In this document: positions 1 to 9,595 of the stretch, piece after piece
Numbering within the stretch: position 1 is the first letter of the stretch
Layout: every line of letters starts with the position of its first letter
Source: an uncultured Bacteroidota bacterium
Lineage (GTDB): Bacteria > Bacteroidota > Bacteroidia > Bacteroidales > CAIWKO01
Direction: 5' to 3'
Assembly (NCBI GenBank): GCA_937934705.1
Contig: CALGYY010000098.1
Span: 39,485-103,484 of the forward strand
Length of the DNA stretch: 64,000 nucleotides
Notes under the pieces: model-generated
Seen by the model: only the letters and a program-made list of their open reading frames with translations
Told to the model about the DNA's origin: nothing
The model's database searches: none
Made by a program: the position numbers and the translations under genes

Positions 1-543
1 CATGCTGTCTGTACTGCCGCCTTCAAGCCATTGCTGTTCCGTCCCGCGCGGGAGAATGACCGGCATGCGGTGGTGAATGGGAGCGACAAGCTCATTGGCT
101 ATGGTGGTGATCACCGAGAAACTGCGGATCTCTTCCCCTTTCCCGTCGAACCACACATCCCAGATCCCCGCCATAGCAAATGGCGATTCATCCTTCATCA
201 TAATACGGTAAGGTGTCTTCTGAAAATCCCTCTGCCATTCATAGAAACTGTCGGCCGGCACCAGGCAGCGCTGTTTTCTGAATGCCTGCCTGAAACTGGG
301 TTTCTCTGCAATGGTCTCCGCTTTGGCGTTAATGGTCTTGCTGCTGATGGTGGTATCCCTGGCCCAGGAAGGGATCAGCCCCCAGCGGTAAAAATCAAGC
401 GTGGAGGGATCAGCATTACTGATTACGGCCAGTTTCTGTGAAGGAGCACAGTTGTAACGCGGACGTATAAGATCCACCGCATCCACATTGAAGCGGATGA
501 CCAGATCACCTTTCTTAACTGCCAGGGAGAACCTTCCGCACAC
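1..543 (-). CDS. SOS-response-associated peptidase (SRAP / YedK-HMCES family), N-terminal 181 codons; 3' end lies beyond window start
   Basis: Absent from ORF track (no stop in window). Minus-strand frame from GTG (543-541) reads (M)CGRFSLAV..PRYNCAPSQ..WGLIPSWA..RCLVPADSFYEWQ..IHHRMPVILP and stays open to base 1. Initiator-Cys2 and these motifs are SRAP hallmarks. Confidence 0.85.
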   Translation of the reverse strand, partial: MCGRFSLAVKKGDLVIRFNVDAVDLIRPRYNCAPSQKLAVISNADPSTLDFYRWGLIPSWARDTTISSKTINAKAETIAEKPSFRQAFRKQRCLVPADSFYEWQRDFQKTPYRIMMKDESPFAMAGIWDVWFDGKGEEIRSFSVITTIANELVAPIHHRMPVILPRGTEQQWLEGGSTDSM

Positions 544-546
544 CGC

Positions 547-2832
547 TTAACGGATCAGGTTGATGTGGCCTTTGTGTTTGTGGATATTCCCTTTAACGTC
601 GTAAACACTCAGGATATAACTGTATAAGCCTTCCGGACAAACTTTGTCCTGACCCTGTATACGTCCGTCCCAACCCGAATTGATGTCGGGAGAGAAATAT
701 ACCTGGGTACCCCAGCGGTCATAGATCCTGATCTCAAACGTGGACTCATTCAGGCCCCAGCCAAACACCTGGAAAATATCGTTACGACCGTCGTTATTCG
801 GCGTAAAGGAATTGGGAGCATAAAAGGTGATCAGGGGTTCAATCACCACTGGTTTCACAACGGTATCAACGCAACCAAACTCGCTCATGATGGCCAGAGT
901 GACCCAGTAAGTTCCGACACCGTCATACTCATGGGTGGGATTGGGAAGGTTGGACGTATTCCCCAGAATATAATCTTCGCCGAAATCCCAGCTCCAGGTA
1001 CTGGCATTCACGCTCTGATCACCAAACCAGATGAACTGATCAAGCTCATCTGTGACCATGGGATTGTAGATGAAGTCAGCAATCGGATCCGGATGTATAG
1101 TAATCATTTGCGGAATGGTCATACTGCCGGCACAACCATCATCAGAAACCACACTCAGGGTAACATCATAACTTCCGGGCTCATCAAACAGATGCTTGGG
1201 GTTCTGCAGATGGTTAGAACTGTTCGCCGTGGTGTTGTCACCGAAATTCCAGAACCATTCATGGACGGGTGGTGTAGTGTTGTCGGTGAAGCTCACCCAG
1301 AGCTTTTCACAACCTTCCGTTACATCGGCACTGAAATCCACCACCGGACTCATACTAACTGTAACTGTCACCTCTCCTGTTCCGATACATCCGTTATTAT
1401 CGCCGGTAACCGTGTAAGTGGTGGTGTTCAGCGGGTAGGCCAGTACGTGGTTTCCGGAGGCGGTATTCAATCCGTAAACCGGACTCCAGGTGCAGTTGGC
1501 CGCACCATTCACTACCAGGGAGCTGGTGTCGCCCCTGCAGATCACAGGATCGGTTTGCGTGATCTGGATGTTGGGTCCCGGCGAGGCCGTAACCGTCACC
1601 GATGTAGAACCGGTACATCCGTTAACATCCGAACCAAAAACCACATAGGTTGTCGTTGTCACAGGACTGGCAGTCGTAAAAGAACAATCGGTACATGAAA
1701 GTCCTGAGGATGGTGCCCAGGCGTAATCATCGGCACCGCTGGCCGTCAGATCCACTGAGCCCCCGATGCAGATCATTGGTGCGGAAGGAGTCACCGAAAG
1801 GACAAGATCGGGATTGATATTGACCTGCACCGATGCAGTACCGGTACAGCCATTGGCATCCGTACCTGTAACCGTGTAGGTGGTCGGAGTGGTCGGATTA
1901 ACCGGGTTGGGATTGGTGCCGGAGCCATTGCTCCAGCTGTAATTTGTTCCGCCGGTTGTGCTGTTTCCGGTCAGGTTGATGGCCGTACCGCTGCAGGTCG
2001 AGGGATTCGCCGGGCTGATGCTGATGGTCGGATTCGGGTTCACCACTACCGTACAGGTAACGGCCGGACTGACCTGTGTTCCTACGGTAATGATCATGGA
2101 ATAAGTTCCCGACATGGCCAGCGTTGAGGCAGGGATGGTGGGATTCATTACTGAAGAAGTCCATCCGCCTGGCCCGGTCCAGCTGTATGAAGCTCCTGGT
2201 GTGGGGTTGGTAACCGTAAGCTGGATGGTCTGACCTTCACAAACCGTGTCCCCCACAATAGGAGGAGCCAGAATACCGCAATTGGTTGCGCCTGCTCCAC
2301 CCGTCTGCGAAAAAATGATGTTCTGACTGCTGTTAGAATAATTCGTGATCATGAGGATGTAATACTGCCCGGCCACGGCATTGGGGATGTAACACCATTC
2401 TTCATAGCTGGCGCTGTAACTGCAATCTATCATGTTGCCGCTGGGATAATCCGGGGAGGCCCCGGGGGCATGGTGAGTGGGGGTATTGGAACCAGCCGTT
2501 AACTGTGCAACACAGGGAGCCGTGGGGGAGGTAAAGGGACCCCAGCAGGCAAAATCGATATCATAATTTGAAGAACCGTGCATGTAAATTTCGATGGGTC
2601 CTGAAGTTAAAACCTGCATATAATACCAGGCCGGGTTGGGCTGTGAGTACAAACACCCATAATTGGCACCCACTTCAGCCGTACCGGCATTCACCCCAGC
2701 CGGAAAATTGTAGGTAGTCCCTGTACAGAACGGATCAGCATTGCTGCACAGGTTGTTAACCTGTGAGAAACCAGTGACAGACAGAAGGACCAATACTGCT
2801 ATGAGAAAAGTGAACTTTAAAGAGGTTTTCAT
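547..2832 (-). CDS. Secreted multi-Ig/PKD-domain adhesin-like protein with gliding-motility-type (CHU_C / T9SS type B) C-terminal domain
   Basis: 761-aa ORF. N-terminal signal peptide (MKTSLKFTFLIAVLVLLSVTGFSQ), repeated T/S/G-rich Ig-like modules with conserved Cys pairs, two PKD-like modules (WNFGDN.., WSWDFGED..), C-terminal FTPNNDGRNDIFQVFG..WDG motif. Confidence 0.85.
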   Translation of the reverse strand: MKTSLKFTFLIAVLVLLSVTGFSQVNNLCSNADPFCTGTTYNFPAGVNAGTAEVGANYGCLYSQPNPAWYYMQVLTSGPIEIYMHGSSNYDIDFACWGPFTSPTAPCVAQLTAGSNTPTHHAPGASPDYPSGNMIDCSYSASYEEWCYIPNAVAGQYYILMITNYSNSSQNIIFSQTGGAGATNCGILAPPIVGDTVCEGQTIQLTVTNPTPGASYSWTGPGGWTSSVMNPTIPASTLAMSGTYSMIITVGTQVSPAVTCTVVVNPNPTISISPANPSTCSGTAINLTGNSTTGGTNYSWSNGSGTNPNPVNPTTPTTYTVTGTDANGCTGTASVQVNINPDLVLSVTPSAPMICIGGSVDLTASGADDYAWAPSSGLSCTDCSFTTASPVTTTTYVVFGSDVNGCTGSTSVTVTASPGPNIQITQTDPVICRGDTSSLVVNGAANCTWSPVYGLNTASGNHVLAYPLNTTTYTVTGDNNGCIGTGEVTVTVSMSPVVDFSADVTEGCEKLWVSFTDNTTPPVHEWFWNFGDNTTANSSNHLQNPKHLFDEPGSYDVTLSVVSDDGCAGSMTIPQMITIHPDPIADFIYNPMVTDELDQFIWFGDQSVNASTWSWDFGEDYILGNTSNLPNPTHEYDGVGTYWVTLAIMSEFGCVDTVVKPVVIEPLITFYAPNSFTPNNDGRNDIFQVFGWGLNESTFEIRIYDRWGTQVYFSPDINSGWDGRIQGQDKVCPEGLYSYILSVYDVKGNIHKHKGHINLIR

Positions 2833-2849
2833 GATCAGATTTTGTTGAA

Positions 2850-2857
2850 CAAAAATA
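2850..2857 (-). promoter_or_regulatory. Candidate Bacteroidota -7 promoter box (TATTTTTG = TAnnTTTG)
   Basis: Minus-strand TATTTTTG lies 18-25 nt upstream of the ATG at 2832. Confidence 0.4.
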
Positions 2858-3050
2858 CGTTAAATCCTGAAATGACCAACACCAGGGAGTCAAACGGAAA
2901 AACCCCGTATTGGTTACACTCCGGAAACCGGGCAAATGACGGCATCCGGGCTCTTTTGGTTGCCCATGAAGGCCGAAAACACATTAAAATTCGCAAAACT
3001 GAGTTAGAATCAGCGCCTGAGACGCATACAACAGCATACGCTCAGCGTTA

Positions 3051-5984
3051 TCAGCGGACAAGATTGATATGTCCTGTATATTCGTGGTATTTACCCTTGA
3101 TGTCGTAGAAAGAGATGAAGTAAGGATAAATCCCTGCCGGAAGCTTCTTTTCTGTGCCATCCATCATACCATTCCACCCCTGGTGAATATCCTTCGAGAA
3201 GTAGATCTCCGCACCCCAGCGCTCAAAAATCCGCATCAGAAAACGATTTTCGTCGATGCCTTCGCCAAATACCTGGAAAATATCATTCTTGCCGTCATTA
3301 TTCGGCGTGAAGGCATTGGGAATGTATATGGCTATATTTGGATGTATGTAAATAGTCTTAATCATTGTATCCACACACCCGTCGGGACTCTCCACCGCAA
3401 GCATCACAGTATAATATCCCGTATCTGAATAGGTGTGTGAAGGTGACGGCAGATTAGAGTAGTTATCCAGCATCCAGGGTTCACCGAAATCCCAGCTCCA
3501 GCTGTCGGTGTTGATGGAGTAATCAAAGAAGTTGATGGTGGGATCATAGATCCAGGCCTCCTGCGGGTTGGGGACGAAATCGGCCACCGGGGATTTCAGT
3601 ACGTGGATCATTTGCGGGATGCTCAGATGGGCATGGCATCCGTCAACCGATGTAACCGTCAGGCTGATGTCATAATATCCGGATTCTGTAAACAGGTGCT
3701 GTGGATTGGGGATATTCGTAAACGCGTTGGGAGTACTGCCATCGCCAAAGTCCCACGACCACGACACACTGGGCGGATTCGTCAGATCTGTAAAGCTGAC
3801 CAGCAGGTCTTCACAGCCTTCGAAAACATCAGCGGTAAAGTCAATCTGCGGGGATGATTTCACCTCCACTTCAATCGTGGCAACCCCTGTACATCCGTAG
3901 TTATCGCCAAGAACAGTATAGGACATGGTGGTGAAAGGTGCGGCGGTGACCGTACTTCCGGTGGTTGAGGATAACCCGGCCGATGGCGACCAGGTGTAGG
4001 ATGTCCCCCCGAAGACCGTAATATCAACCGACTCTCCCCTGCAGATCACCGGATCCGGAGGATTGAACGTCATCACCGGTCCTGTCGAAACCATGACGGT
4101 AACCAGGGTGGTTCCCTGACAATTGCTGGCATCTGCACCATGCACGGTATAGGTCGTGGTAACAGGCGGAGAGGCCGTAACCGTAGCCCCGGATGTGGAT
4201 GATAAATAATCAGGCGGTGACCATGTGTAGGTCAGGGCCCCACTGGCAGTCATGTCAACCGATTCCCCGAAACACATGCCGGGATTGGGAGGACTTACGC
4301 TGATCACCAGACTGCCGTTCAGATCCACGACCGCACTGGCCTGTCCGGTACAGCCATTGGCCGTTCCTGTGACATAATAAGTAGTAGTGGTAGTCGGTGT
4401 AGCCGTAACAGTATCACCGGTAGTCGACGAAAGGCTGCTTCCCGGGGACCAGACATAGGTATCTGCTCCCGAAGCGATCAGATCTACAGAATTCCCCAGA
4501 CAAATGGATGCTCCGGGTGGAGAAATGGTAATGTTCAGCGAAGGACTCATATTGATGGTCACGCTGGCTGTTCCCGAGCAGCTTCCGCTACTCCCTGTTA
4601 CATAATAAGTTGTGGTAGTGGTCGGATTGGCCGTTACGGTCTGACCGCTCGTACTCACCAGTCCGGCGCCCGACCAGGTGTAAGTGGCCGCCCCGGAAGC
4701 GGTCAGATCCACGGGCATCCCCGGACAGACCGTTGTGGCTGAAGGCGTAATGCTCACCACAGGATTGGGAGTAACGGTAATGGTGACCGGCAGCGACATA
4801 CTGCAATTGGTGGGATCAACCCCCGTGACCGTATAGGTGGTGGTCACGTTCGGCGTGGCGACGACTGTTGTCCCCGTGGTAGTGTTAAGTCCTGTGGCAG
4901 GGGTCCAGGTGAAATTCACATTTCCCGGGCCGGAAGCCGTGATGGTGACCTGATCACCGGGACAAATGGTTGCAGATGTAGGATTCACACTAATGCTGAA
5001 AGTGGCATTGTAATTTACAGTTACCTGGTCGGTCGCGGTAACGTTGCTACCGGTACAGGTATTATAAACAGCCTGGGCCGTGTAGGTAGTGGTCGCATTT
5101 GGGCAAACCTGTATGGATGCCCCCGTCCCGATCTGTGTGGCACCATCCCACCAGGTGATATCAACGCCTCCGGCTCCGTTGGGATAAAACCGCCAGGCCT
5201 CGTTCTGGGCTGTCCACTGACCGGTGTTCCTGCCTGGCGGGGCCAGGCCCTGAGTACCCCCGGAGTTCTGTATTCCAACAAGGCCGTTCCCCCCGTTCCA
5301 CCCGCTGCAAAGGGCCTTATTCTGAATATATACTTCAATTACATTGGTAGATTCGTAAATAACGATCTGGCTGGTGGCATACATGGCGCTGTTGCAGGAT
5401 CCAGGGGAAACACTGTTGGGATCACCATAATAGGGGATCTGATAATATGAAATCACAAACATCCTGCAGGGATAGGTTCCCGAGATCCTGTAATTGATCA
5501 CCCCCTGATAGGTTGGATCAGTGTCCTGATAGACCCCGAAAATGGCGTTCATGGGGAGACTGCTGCTGGGACATGATGCAGAAAAGCTCCACTGGTTAAA
5601 GCCCCCGGCCTGGGAAACATCAAATGAAATCACACCATTGGAGCCTACCACAATAGAATTATAATTTCCACCGTAGAAGCAAAAAGTGAAAGGCAGTGCG
5701 ATGGAACTGCTCCAGACGTCGTCGGTGTTCACAATGATAGATGTCCCGCCCGTGAAGGGGAAGGGTGGGGTGTAAGGGATACTTTGAACAGCATAGGAGG
5801 TGGTCGCCCCGGTAGGTACCACGGTTGCCGTAAGTGTGGTGCAGTTATTTCCGCAACCAACGGTTACGTCAGGACCGGCATTTACGGTAGGACAGCCCGG
5901 TTGGGCCATAGCAGGTATACTGATCAGGGAAATGAATGCAGCGGATAGTAAAAATAATCCTCCGGCAATACGGTTTTTAATCAT
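3051..5984 (-). CDS. Secreted multi-Ig/PKD-domain adhesin-like protein with CHU_C / T9SS type B C-terminal domain (paralogue of 547-2832)
   Basis: ORF 3051-6005; the ATG at 5984 gives MIKNRIAGGLFLLSAAFISLISIPAMAQ signal peptide. C-terminal ~300 aa collinear with the neighbour (PKD x2, FTPNNDGKNDIFQVFGEG..WNG..GHINLVR). Confidence 0.85.
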   Translation of the reverse strand: MIKNRIAGGLFLLSAAFISLISIPAMAQPGCPTVNAGPDVTVGCGNNCTTLTATVVPTGATTSYAVQSIPYTPPFPFTGGTSIIVNTDDVWSSSIALPFTFCFYGGNYNSIVVGSNGVISFDVSQAGGFNQWSFSASCPSSSLPMNAIFGVYQDTDPTYQGVINYRISGTYPCRMFVISYYQIPYYGDPNSVSPGSCNSAMYATSQIVIYESTNVIEVYIQNKALCSGWNGGNGLVGIQNSGGTQGLAPPGRNTGQWTAQNEAWRFYPNGAGGVDITWWDGATQIGTGASIQVCPNATTTYTAQAVYNTCTGSNVTATDQVTVNYNATFSISVNPTSATICPGDQVTITASGPGNVNFTWTPATGLNTTTGTTVVATPNVTTTYTVTGVDPTNCSMSLPVTITVTPNPVVSITPSATTVCPGMPVDLTASGAATYTWSGAGLVSTSGQTVTANPTTTTTYYVTGSSGSCSGTASVTINMSPSLNITISPPGASICLGNSVDLIASGADTYVWSPGSSLSSTTGDTVTATPTTTTTYYVTGTANGCTGQASAVVDLNGSLVISVSPPNPGMCFGESVDMTASGALTYTWSPPDYLSSTSGATVTASPPVTTTYTVHGADASNCQGTTLVTVMVSTGPVMTFNPPDPVICRGESVDITVFGGTSYTWSPSAGLSSTTGSTVTAAPFTTMSYTVLGDNYGCTGVATIEVEVKSSPQIDFTADVFEGCEDLLVSFTDLTNPPSVSWSWDFGDGSTPNAFTNIPNPQHLFTESGYYDISLTVTSVDGCHAHLSIPQMIHVLKSPVADFVPNPQEAWIYDPTINFFDYSINTDSWSWDFGEPWMLDNYSNLPSPSHTYSDTGYYTVMLAVESPDGCVDTMIKTIYIHPNIAIYIPNAFTPNNDGKNDIFQVFGEGIDENRFLMRIFERWGAEIYFSKDIHQGWNGMMDGTEKKLPAGIYPYFISFYDIKGKYHEYTGHINLVR

Positions 5985-6047
5985 TGGTCCAGGTATTAAA
6001 AGCAACCGTTTTCGCGGGGGGTAAACGAAAACTTAAACATTTGGTTA

Positions 6048-6055
6048 CAAATATA
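6048..6055 (-). promoter_or_regulatory. Candidate -7 promoter box (TATATTTG)
   Basis: Minus-strand TATATTTG in the 224-bp gap upstream of the 3051-5984 gene. Confidence 0.35.
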
Positions 6056-6229
6056 GTGAAGCAGTTGTTAATAAAAAAGCATTCTCAGACTTTTATCATG
6101 ACGTAAAATTCTTTTGTTGGGTTGTCCCGACTGTAAAATAAAGAAAAACAAGCAAATAGCCTTTAGAGGAAAGGGACTTGCTGCCGGTTTCTGTACAAAG
6201 TCCGGACGGATTCAATACAAAGAAACCAA

Positions 6230-7450
6230 TTACTTATTCAGCAACTCAATTTCTTCTTCAGCCTGTTTGCGGTAAGGACTGTCCTCGTCGATGATGGCGT
6301 TGAGGGTCTTGCGGGCTTCCTGGGTTTTGCCCTGCCGGATCTGGATGACTGAAATCTGCCAGCGTGCTGCGTGATAATAGGAGCTTTTTTTGTTTTTGAC
6401 CACCTTACCAAACATTTGAAGCGCCTGGTCGTAATCGCCGGTGTAGAAATATGACATTCCGCTGTAGTAAAGCGCCTGGGCCTGGTCGGGTTCGTTGACG
6501 AGCGCGCGGTCAAACTTTTCAGCAGCTCCGCTGTAATCCCCTTCGCGGTAGGATTCCATTCCGGAGTTCAGCTCATCCCTGGCATCTCCCGTGGCCGAAG
6601 CAGGTGCCTGCTGAACCTCTGATTTTTTCTGGGTTTTTCCGGTCGCGCCATTGGTCCTCGTTCCCGCAACCGTCTGTTCAACCTTGTCGGTTTCTTTGTT
6701 TTTCGTCTGCTCCGGCAGTTTGTTTTCATCTTCTGAGGCCACTACCTGCTTTTCCTCTACCGGAAGTTCCACCAGTCCAAGATCAGCGTCCACAGAAAAG
6801 TACACCTCGTTTACTATGGACTTATAAGTTTCATCATCGGCAATCATATCCAAAGTGCCGGGCATGATCACGGTACCGCCTTTAGCTCCTTCTTTGACCG
6901 GATCCGGAATATCTTTGTTGTTCCGGTTATGATCCGTCATATCCTTGCGGGGCGACATGCTGTCGGAAATGATTTGTCCGGCAGCATCCGGAACAGCCTC
7001 TTCGGCAGTCTCTCCGGTATTTTCACTTTTGTCGGTTTCCTGATAGGCAGTCATTGAAACCTGGTCCTGCTGTGAGTTCATGACCAGGTAGCGGATCGCA
7101 AAAAATGAAGTACAGACGAGAATGAAGCTTGCAGCAATACTTATGTAAAGGATCTGTCTGTTTTTGGTTTTCTTTACAGGGGCAATAAGGGGAATAACGC
7201 GGGTTTCTTCTTCCTTCTCCTGAAAGAGTTGCTTCCTGATGTTATCCAGCCGCGAAAGTGCCGACAGATTTCCGGGCTCCTCAGCAAAACCTTCTGTTGC
7301 ATCAGAACATAAAGGGCAATCAGTCAGGTGGATCTCAATTTTTCGCAAAACTTCAGGACTGCAATGGCCCTTTACGTAAGCTTGCAGGGCTTCCTGAGTC
7401 AGGCAGCCTGAAGGTGTGAAAACCTTATGTTGATCAGACAGGCGTTCCAT
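6230..7450 (-). CDS. Anti-sigma factor (zf-HC2 N-terminus, one TM helix, C-terminal TPR)
   Basis: HLTDCPLCSDATEG (H-x3-C-x2-C) near N-terminus, TM segment ILYISIAASFILVCTSFFAI, TPR-like C-terminus. Start overlaps the upstream ECF sigma gene by 17 nt. Confidence 0.75.
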   Translation of the reverse strand: MERLSDQHKVFTPSGCLTQEALQAYVKGHCSPEVLRKIEIHLTDCPLCSDATEGFAEEPGNLSALSRLDNIRKQLFQEKEEETRVIPLIAPVKKTKNRQILYISIAASFILVCTSFFAIRYLVMNSQQDQVSMTAYQETDKSENTGETAEEAVPDAAGQIISDSMSPRKDMTDHNRNNKDIPDPVKEGAKGGTVIMPGTLDMIADDETYKSIVNEVYFSVDADLGLVELPVEEKQVVASEDENKLPEQTKNKETDKVEQTVAGTRTNGATGKTQKKSEVQQAPASATGDARDELNSGMESYREGDYSGAAEKFDRALVNEPDQAQALYYSGMSYFYTGDYDQALQMFGKVVKNKKSSYYHAARWQISVIQIRQGKTQEARKTLNAIIDEDSPYRKQAEEEIELLNK

Positions 7451-8048
7451 TGCTTTTGCTTAAAATGATACGGAGGTTTCTTTTACCGTTTTGTATGTAA
7501 CTCTTCACTTGTTTATAGGTGAATCGGGTGATGTCCTGTACTTCCTGGTAAGACTTTTCTTTAAGATAGAAGAGTTCGACGCAAATTCTTTGTTCATCAT
7601 TCAGTTGTTCAATCGCTTGCATGAGTTCCCGGGTTTGATCCCCTTTTTCAAGGCGGCCCGTCAGAGTGAGGTCATCCCCGAATTCCACAAATTCTTTCGG
7701 ACTTTTCCAAACCAGGATATCATCCTCATAAGCGTATTCCTTGTTTTTCTTCAGAAGAAGGAGGCAATGATGCTTGGTAACACTGTACAACCAGCTTTTA
7801 AAATACCCGATCTCGTACATTTTCAGGAAATCGAAAAGACGCTCGAAAACATGCATCAGGGCATCCTGTGCCTCACTTTCCTTTTTCAGGTACTTCATGC
7901 AAACCCCCATCATCAGGTGGGCATAGCGCGTGTATAACTCCCCGATGATCTCTTTGTCCCCGCCGGCCTTATACAACGAAACCAGTTCGTCATCCGGCAG
8001 TTCCGGGTAGGAGGCCCGTTGAGGTATGTTCAGTGGGTTTTCTGACAT
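7434..8048 (-). CDS. ECF-type sigma-70 family RNA polymerase sigma factor
   Basis: ORF 7434-8069, likely ATG at 8048. Region-2-like DALMHVFERLF..FKSWLYSVTKH and region-4-like EQRICVELFYLKEKSYQEVQDIT. Coupled to the anti-sigma gene. Confidence 0.8.
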   Translation of the reverse strand: MSENPLNIPQRASYPELPDDELVSLYKAGGDKEIIGELYTRYAHLMMGVCMKYLKKESEAQDALMHVFERLFDFLKMYEIGYFKSWLYSVTKHHCLLLLKKNKEYAYEDDILVWKSPKEFVEFGDDLTLTGRLEKGDQTRELMQAIEQLNDEQRICVELFYLKEKSYQEVQDITRFTYKQVKSYIQNGKRNLRIILSKSNGTPV

Positions 8049-8111
8049 GAAGAATGATCTCCGTTGCAAAGATATGAATTCTCCGGCCTTTTCATCATGA
8101 CTCTATAAGGC

Positions 8112-9125
8112 TCATCCTTTTAAGGTCATTACCGGATCTACATGTGAAGAACCGAGACCGGCCTGCAGGGATGCGGCCCTGCAACCCCCAAGGCAGCGAT
8201 CGTACAAGGTGCAGCCGTCACAGAACTCAGGTCTTTCGCTGAGCCAGGTCAGGGCGTGTTCCGAGCGGAAAATATCACTCAGTTTTTCTCTGAAAATATT
8301 GCCGGTACTGACGGGCGAATGGTTACAAAGACGAAGGTTTCCTTCAATATCCATGGTCACCGGCATCCTTTCCACTTGAGTGGAACAGGAGCCAAAACTG
8401 ATATTCGGGTATTCTGCCGGATTCAACAGACAAAAAGGTGTGCATACATTGGAGCTGAGCTTCAGTCCAAGCGGTACCGCAAGCTGATCGGCCTCACGGA
8501 ACGCCTGACGCAACTGCTCATGAGAGGGCAGAATTTCATGCGCTTCCCTGAATCCCTGCCCCCCGATATTATAGCGGTTCAGCATGATCTGCCGGCAACC
8601 CAGGGAATGAATGAAGTGAAGTGTACTTCCCAGATCTCCCGCATTCATCTTTGTGATTACGACAACCGGCACCACGTATGCACCCCCTTTCATCAGGCTG
8701 CGGATGCTGCGCACCGAGCGATCCCACGAACCGCTGACGCAGGTGATCCCGTCATGGACTTCAGGCAGATGTGAATGAACCGGTAATTCAAAAAGTTTGA
8801 CCCCGAGCTTCATCAAGGTCTGGTAACGGCTCTCATCACCCCCGCTGCCATTGGTGATGATGGTCACACTTTTTCTTTTCAGGCGGACAAAAAGCGCGAT
8901 CTCTTCGAAACGTTCAGCCAGCAACGGCTCTCCACCGGTGAAAGTGACATGTTTGACATCAGCCAGGCGAAAAAGTTTTTTGAGCACCCGTATGGCCCGC
9001 TGATAGGTGTATTCCGGAGACTTAACGGATGTGCCGGGAATTTTCCAGACATTGTAACAGTAGCGGCATTGAAGATTGCATGCCGCAGTGATTTCAAAGA
9101 TAATATATGGAAGATGGTATTTCAA
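8112..9125 (-). CDS. Radical SAM / SPASM-domain protein (peptide-maturase-like)
   Basis: CNLQCRYC (CxxxCxxC) at residues 16-23, GGEPLL, C-terminal Cys cluster with exact SPASM spacing CDGCTLYDRCLGGC (C-x2-C-x5-C-x3-C). Confidence 0.85.
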   Translation of the reverse strand: MKYHLPYIIFEITAACNLQCRYCYNVWKIPGTSVKSPEYTYQRAIRVLKKLFRLADVKHVTFTGGEPLLAERFEEIALFVRLKRKSVTIITNGSGGDESRYQTLMKLGVKLFELPVHSHLPEVHDGITCVSGSWDRSVRSIRSLMKGGAYVVPVVVITKMNAGDLGSTLHFIHSLGCRQIMLNRYNIGGQGFREAHEILPSHEQLRQAFREADQLAVPLGLKLSSNVCTPFCLLNPAEYPNISFGSCSTQVERMPVTMDIEGNLRLCNHSPVSTGNIFREKLSDIFRSEHALTWLSERPEFCDGCTLYDRCLGGCRAASLQAGLGSSHVDPVMTLKG

Positions 9126-9168
9126 TAAATCACGGCTTAATGAGGCGGTTTACGAACAAGCCTGAACA

Positions 9169-9549
9169 TCATTCATCAATGGGGGGTAAATAGCAGCGGA
9201 TCATGTCTGGATCCGGCCCAAAGGTTGAAACTGAATCCTGTAATCCTCCCGCCTGAGCGTTTTTATTCTTTTTTTGATGTTTGGAGGTATCTATGCTGAT
9301 TTTCCTGATATGGGAAGAATCAACACCACCCCCGCTCTCCTTCAGACTGTCGGCCGGGGCCATTTCGTAACAACTCGCTTGGGGAGGACTACAGGCGGCA
9401 AAGAAAGTCAGCGAGAGAATGAGGCCGCCACTGCGCAGTTTCAGACGCGTCAGCCAGGGTGAAGGCTTCAGCCAGACCAGGAAGCTTACGATCAGAAAGA
9501 TCAATGTAATCAATGCGATCAGCAGGGGAATCAGAATTTCCTTTTTCAT
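9169..9549 (-). CDS. Small membrane protein, unknown function (two hydrophobic segments, Cys-Tyr dipeptides)
   Basis: 126-aa ORF immediately upstream of the rSAM gene (43-nt gap). N-terminal TM helix, second hydrophobic stretch ending FFAAC, tail ..IRCYLPPIDE. Confidence 0.55.
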   Translation of the reverse strand: MKKEILIPLLIALITLIFLIVSFLVWLKPSPWLTRLKLRSGGLILSLTFFAACSPPQASCYEMAPADSLKESGGGVDSSHIRKISIDTSKHQKKNKNAQAGGLQDSVSTFGPDPDMIRCYLPPIDE

Positions 9550-9595
9550 TATACTGGATGTTACCGGTCGAAGGAGGATGATAAAATTACGATCA

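Noticed and set aside
31-441. 136-aa plus-strand ORF from the track
   Set aside because: It lies antisense to a motif-rich SRAP reading frame that is open across the whole region. Its own sequence has no recognisable features.
931-5338. Multiple antisense or alternative-frame ORFs within the two adhesin genes (e.g. 931-1698, 1898-2164, 3069-3428, 5021-5338)
   Set aside because: These are shadow ORFs typical of long GC-balanced repetitive genes. The adhesin frames carry the signal peptides, PKD motifs and C-terminal domain motifs.
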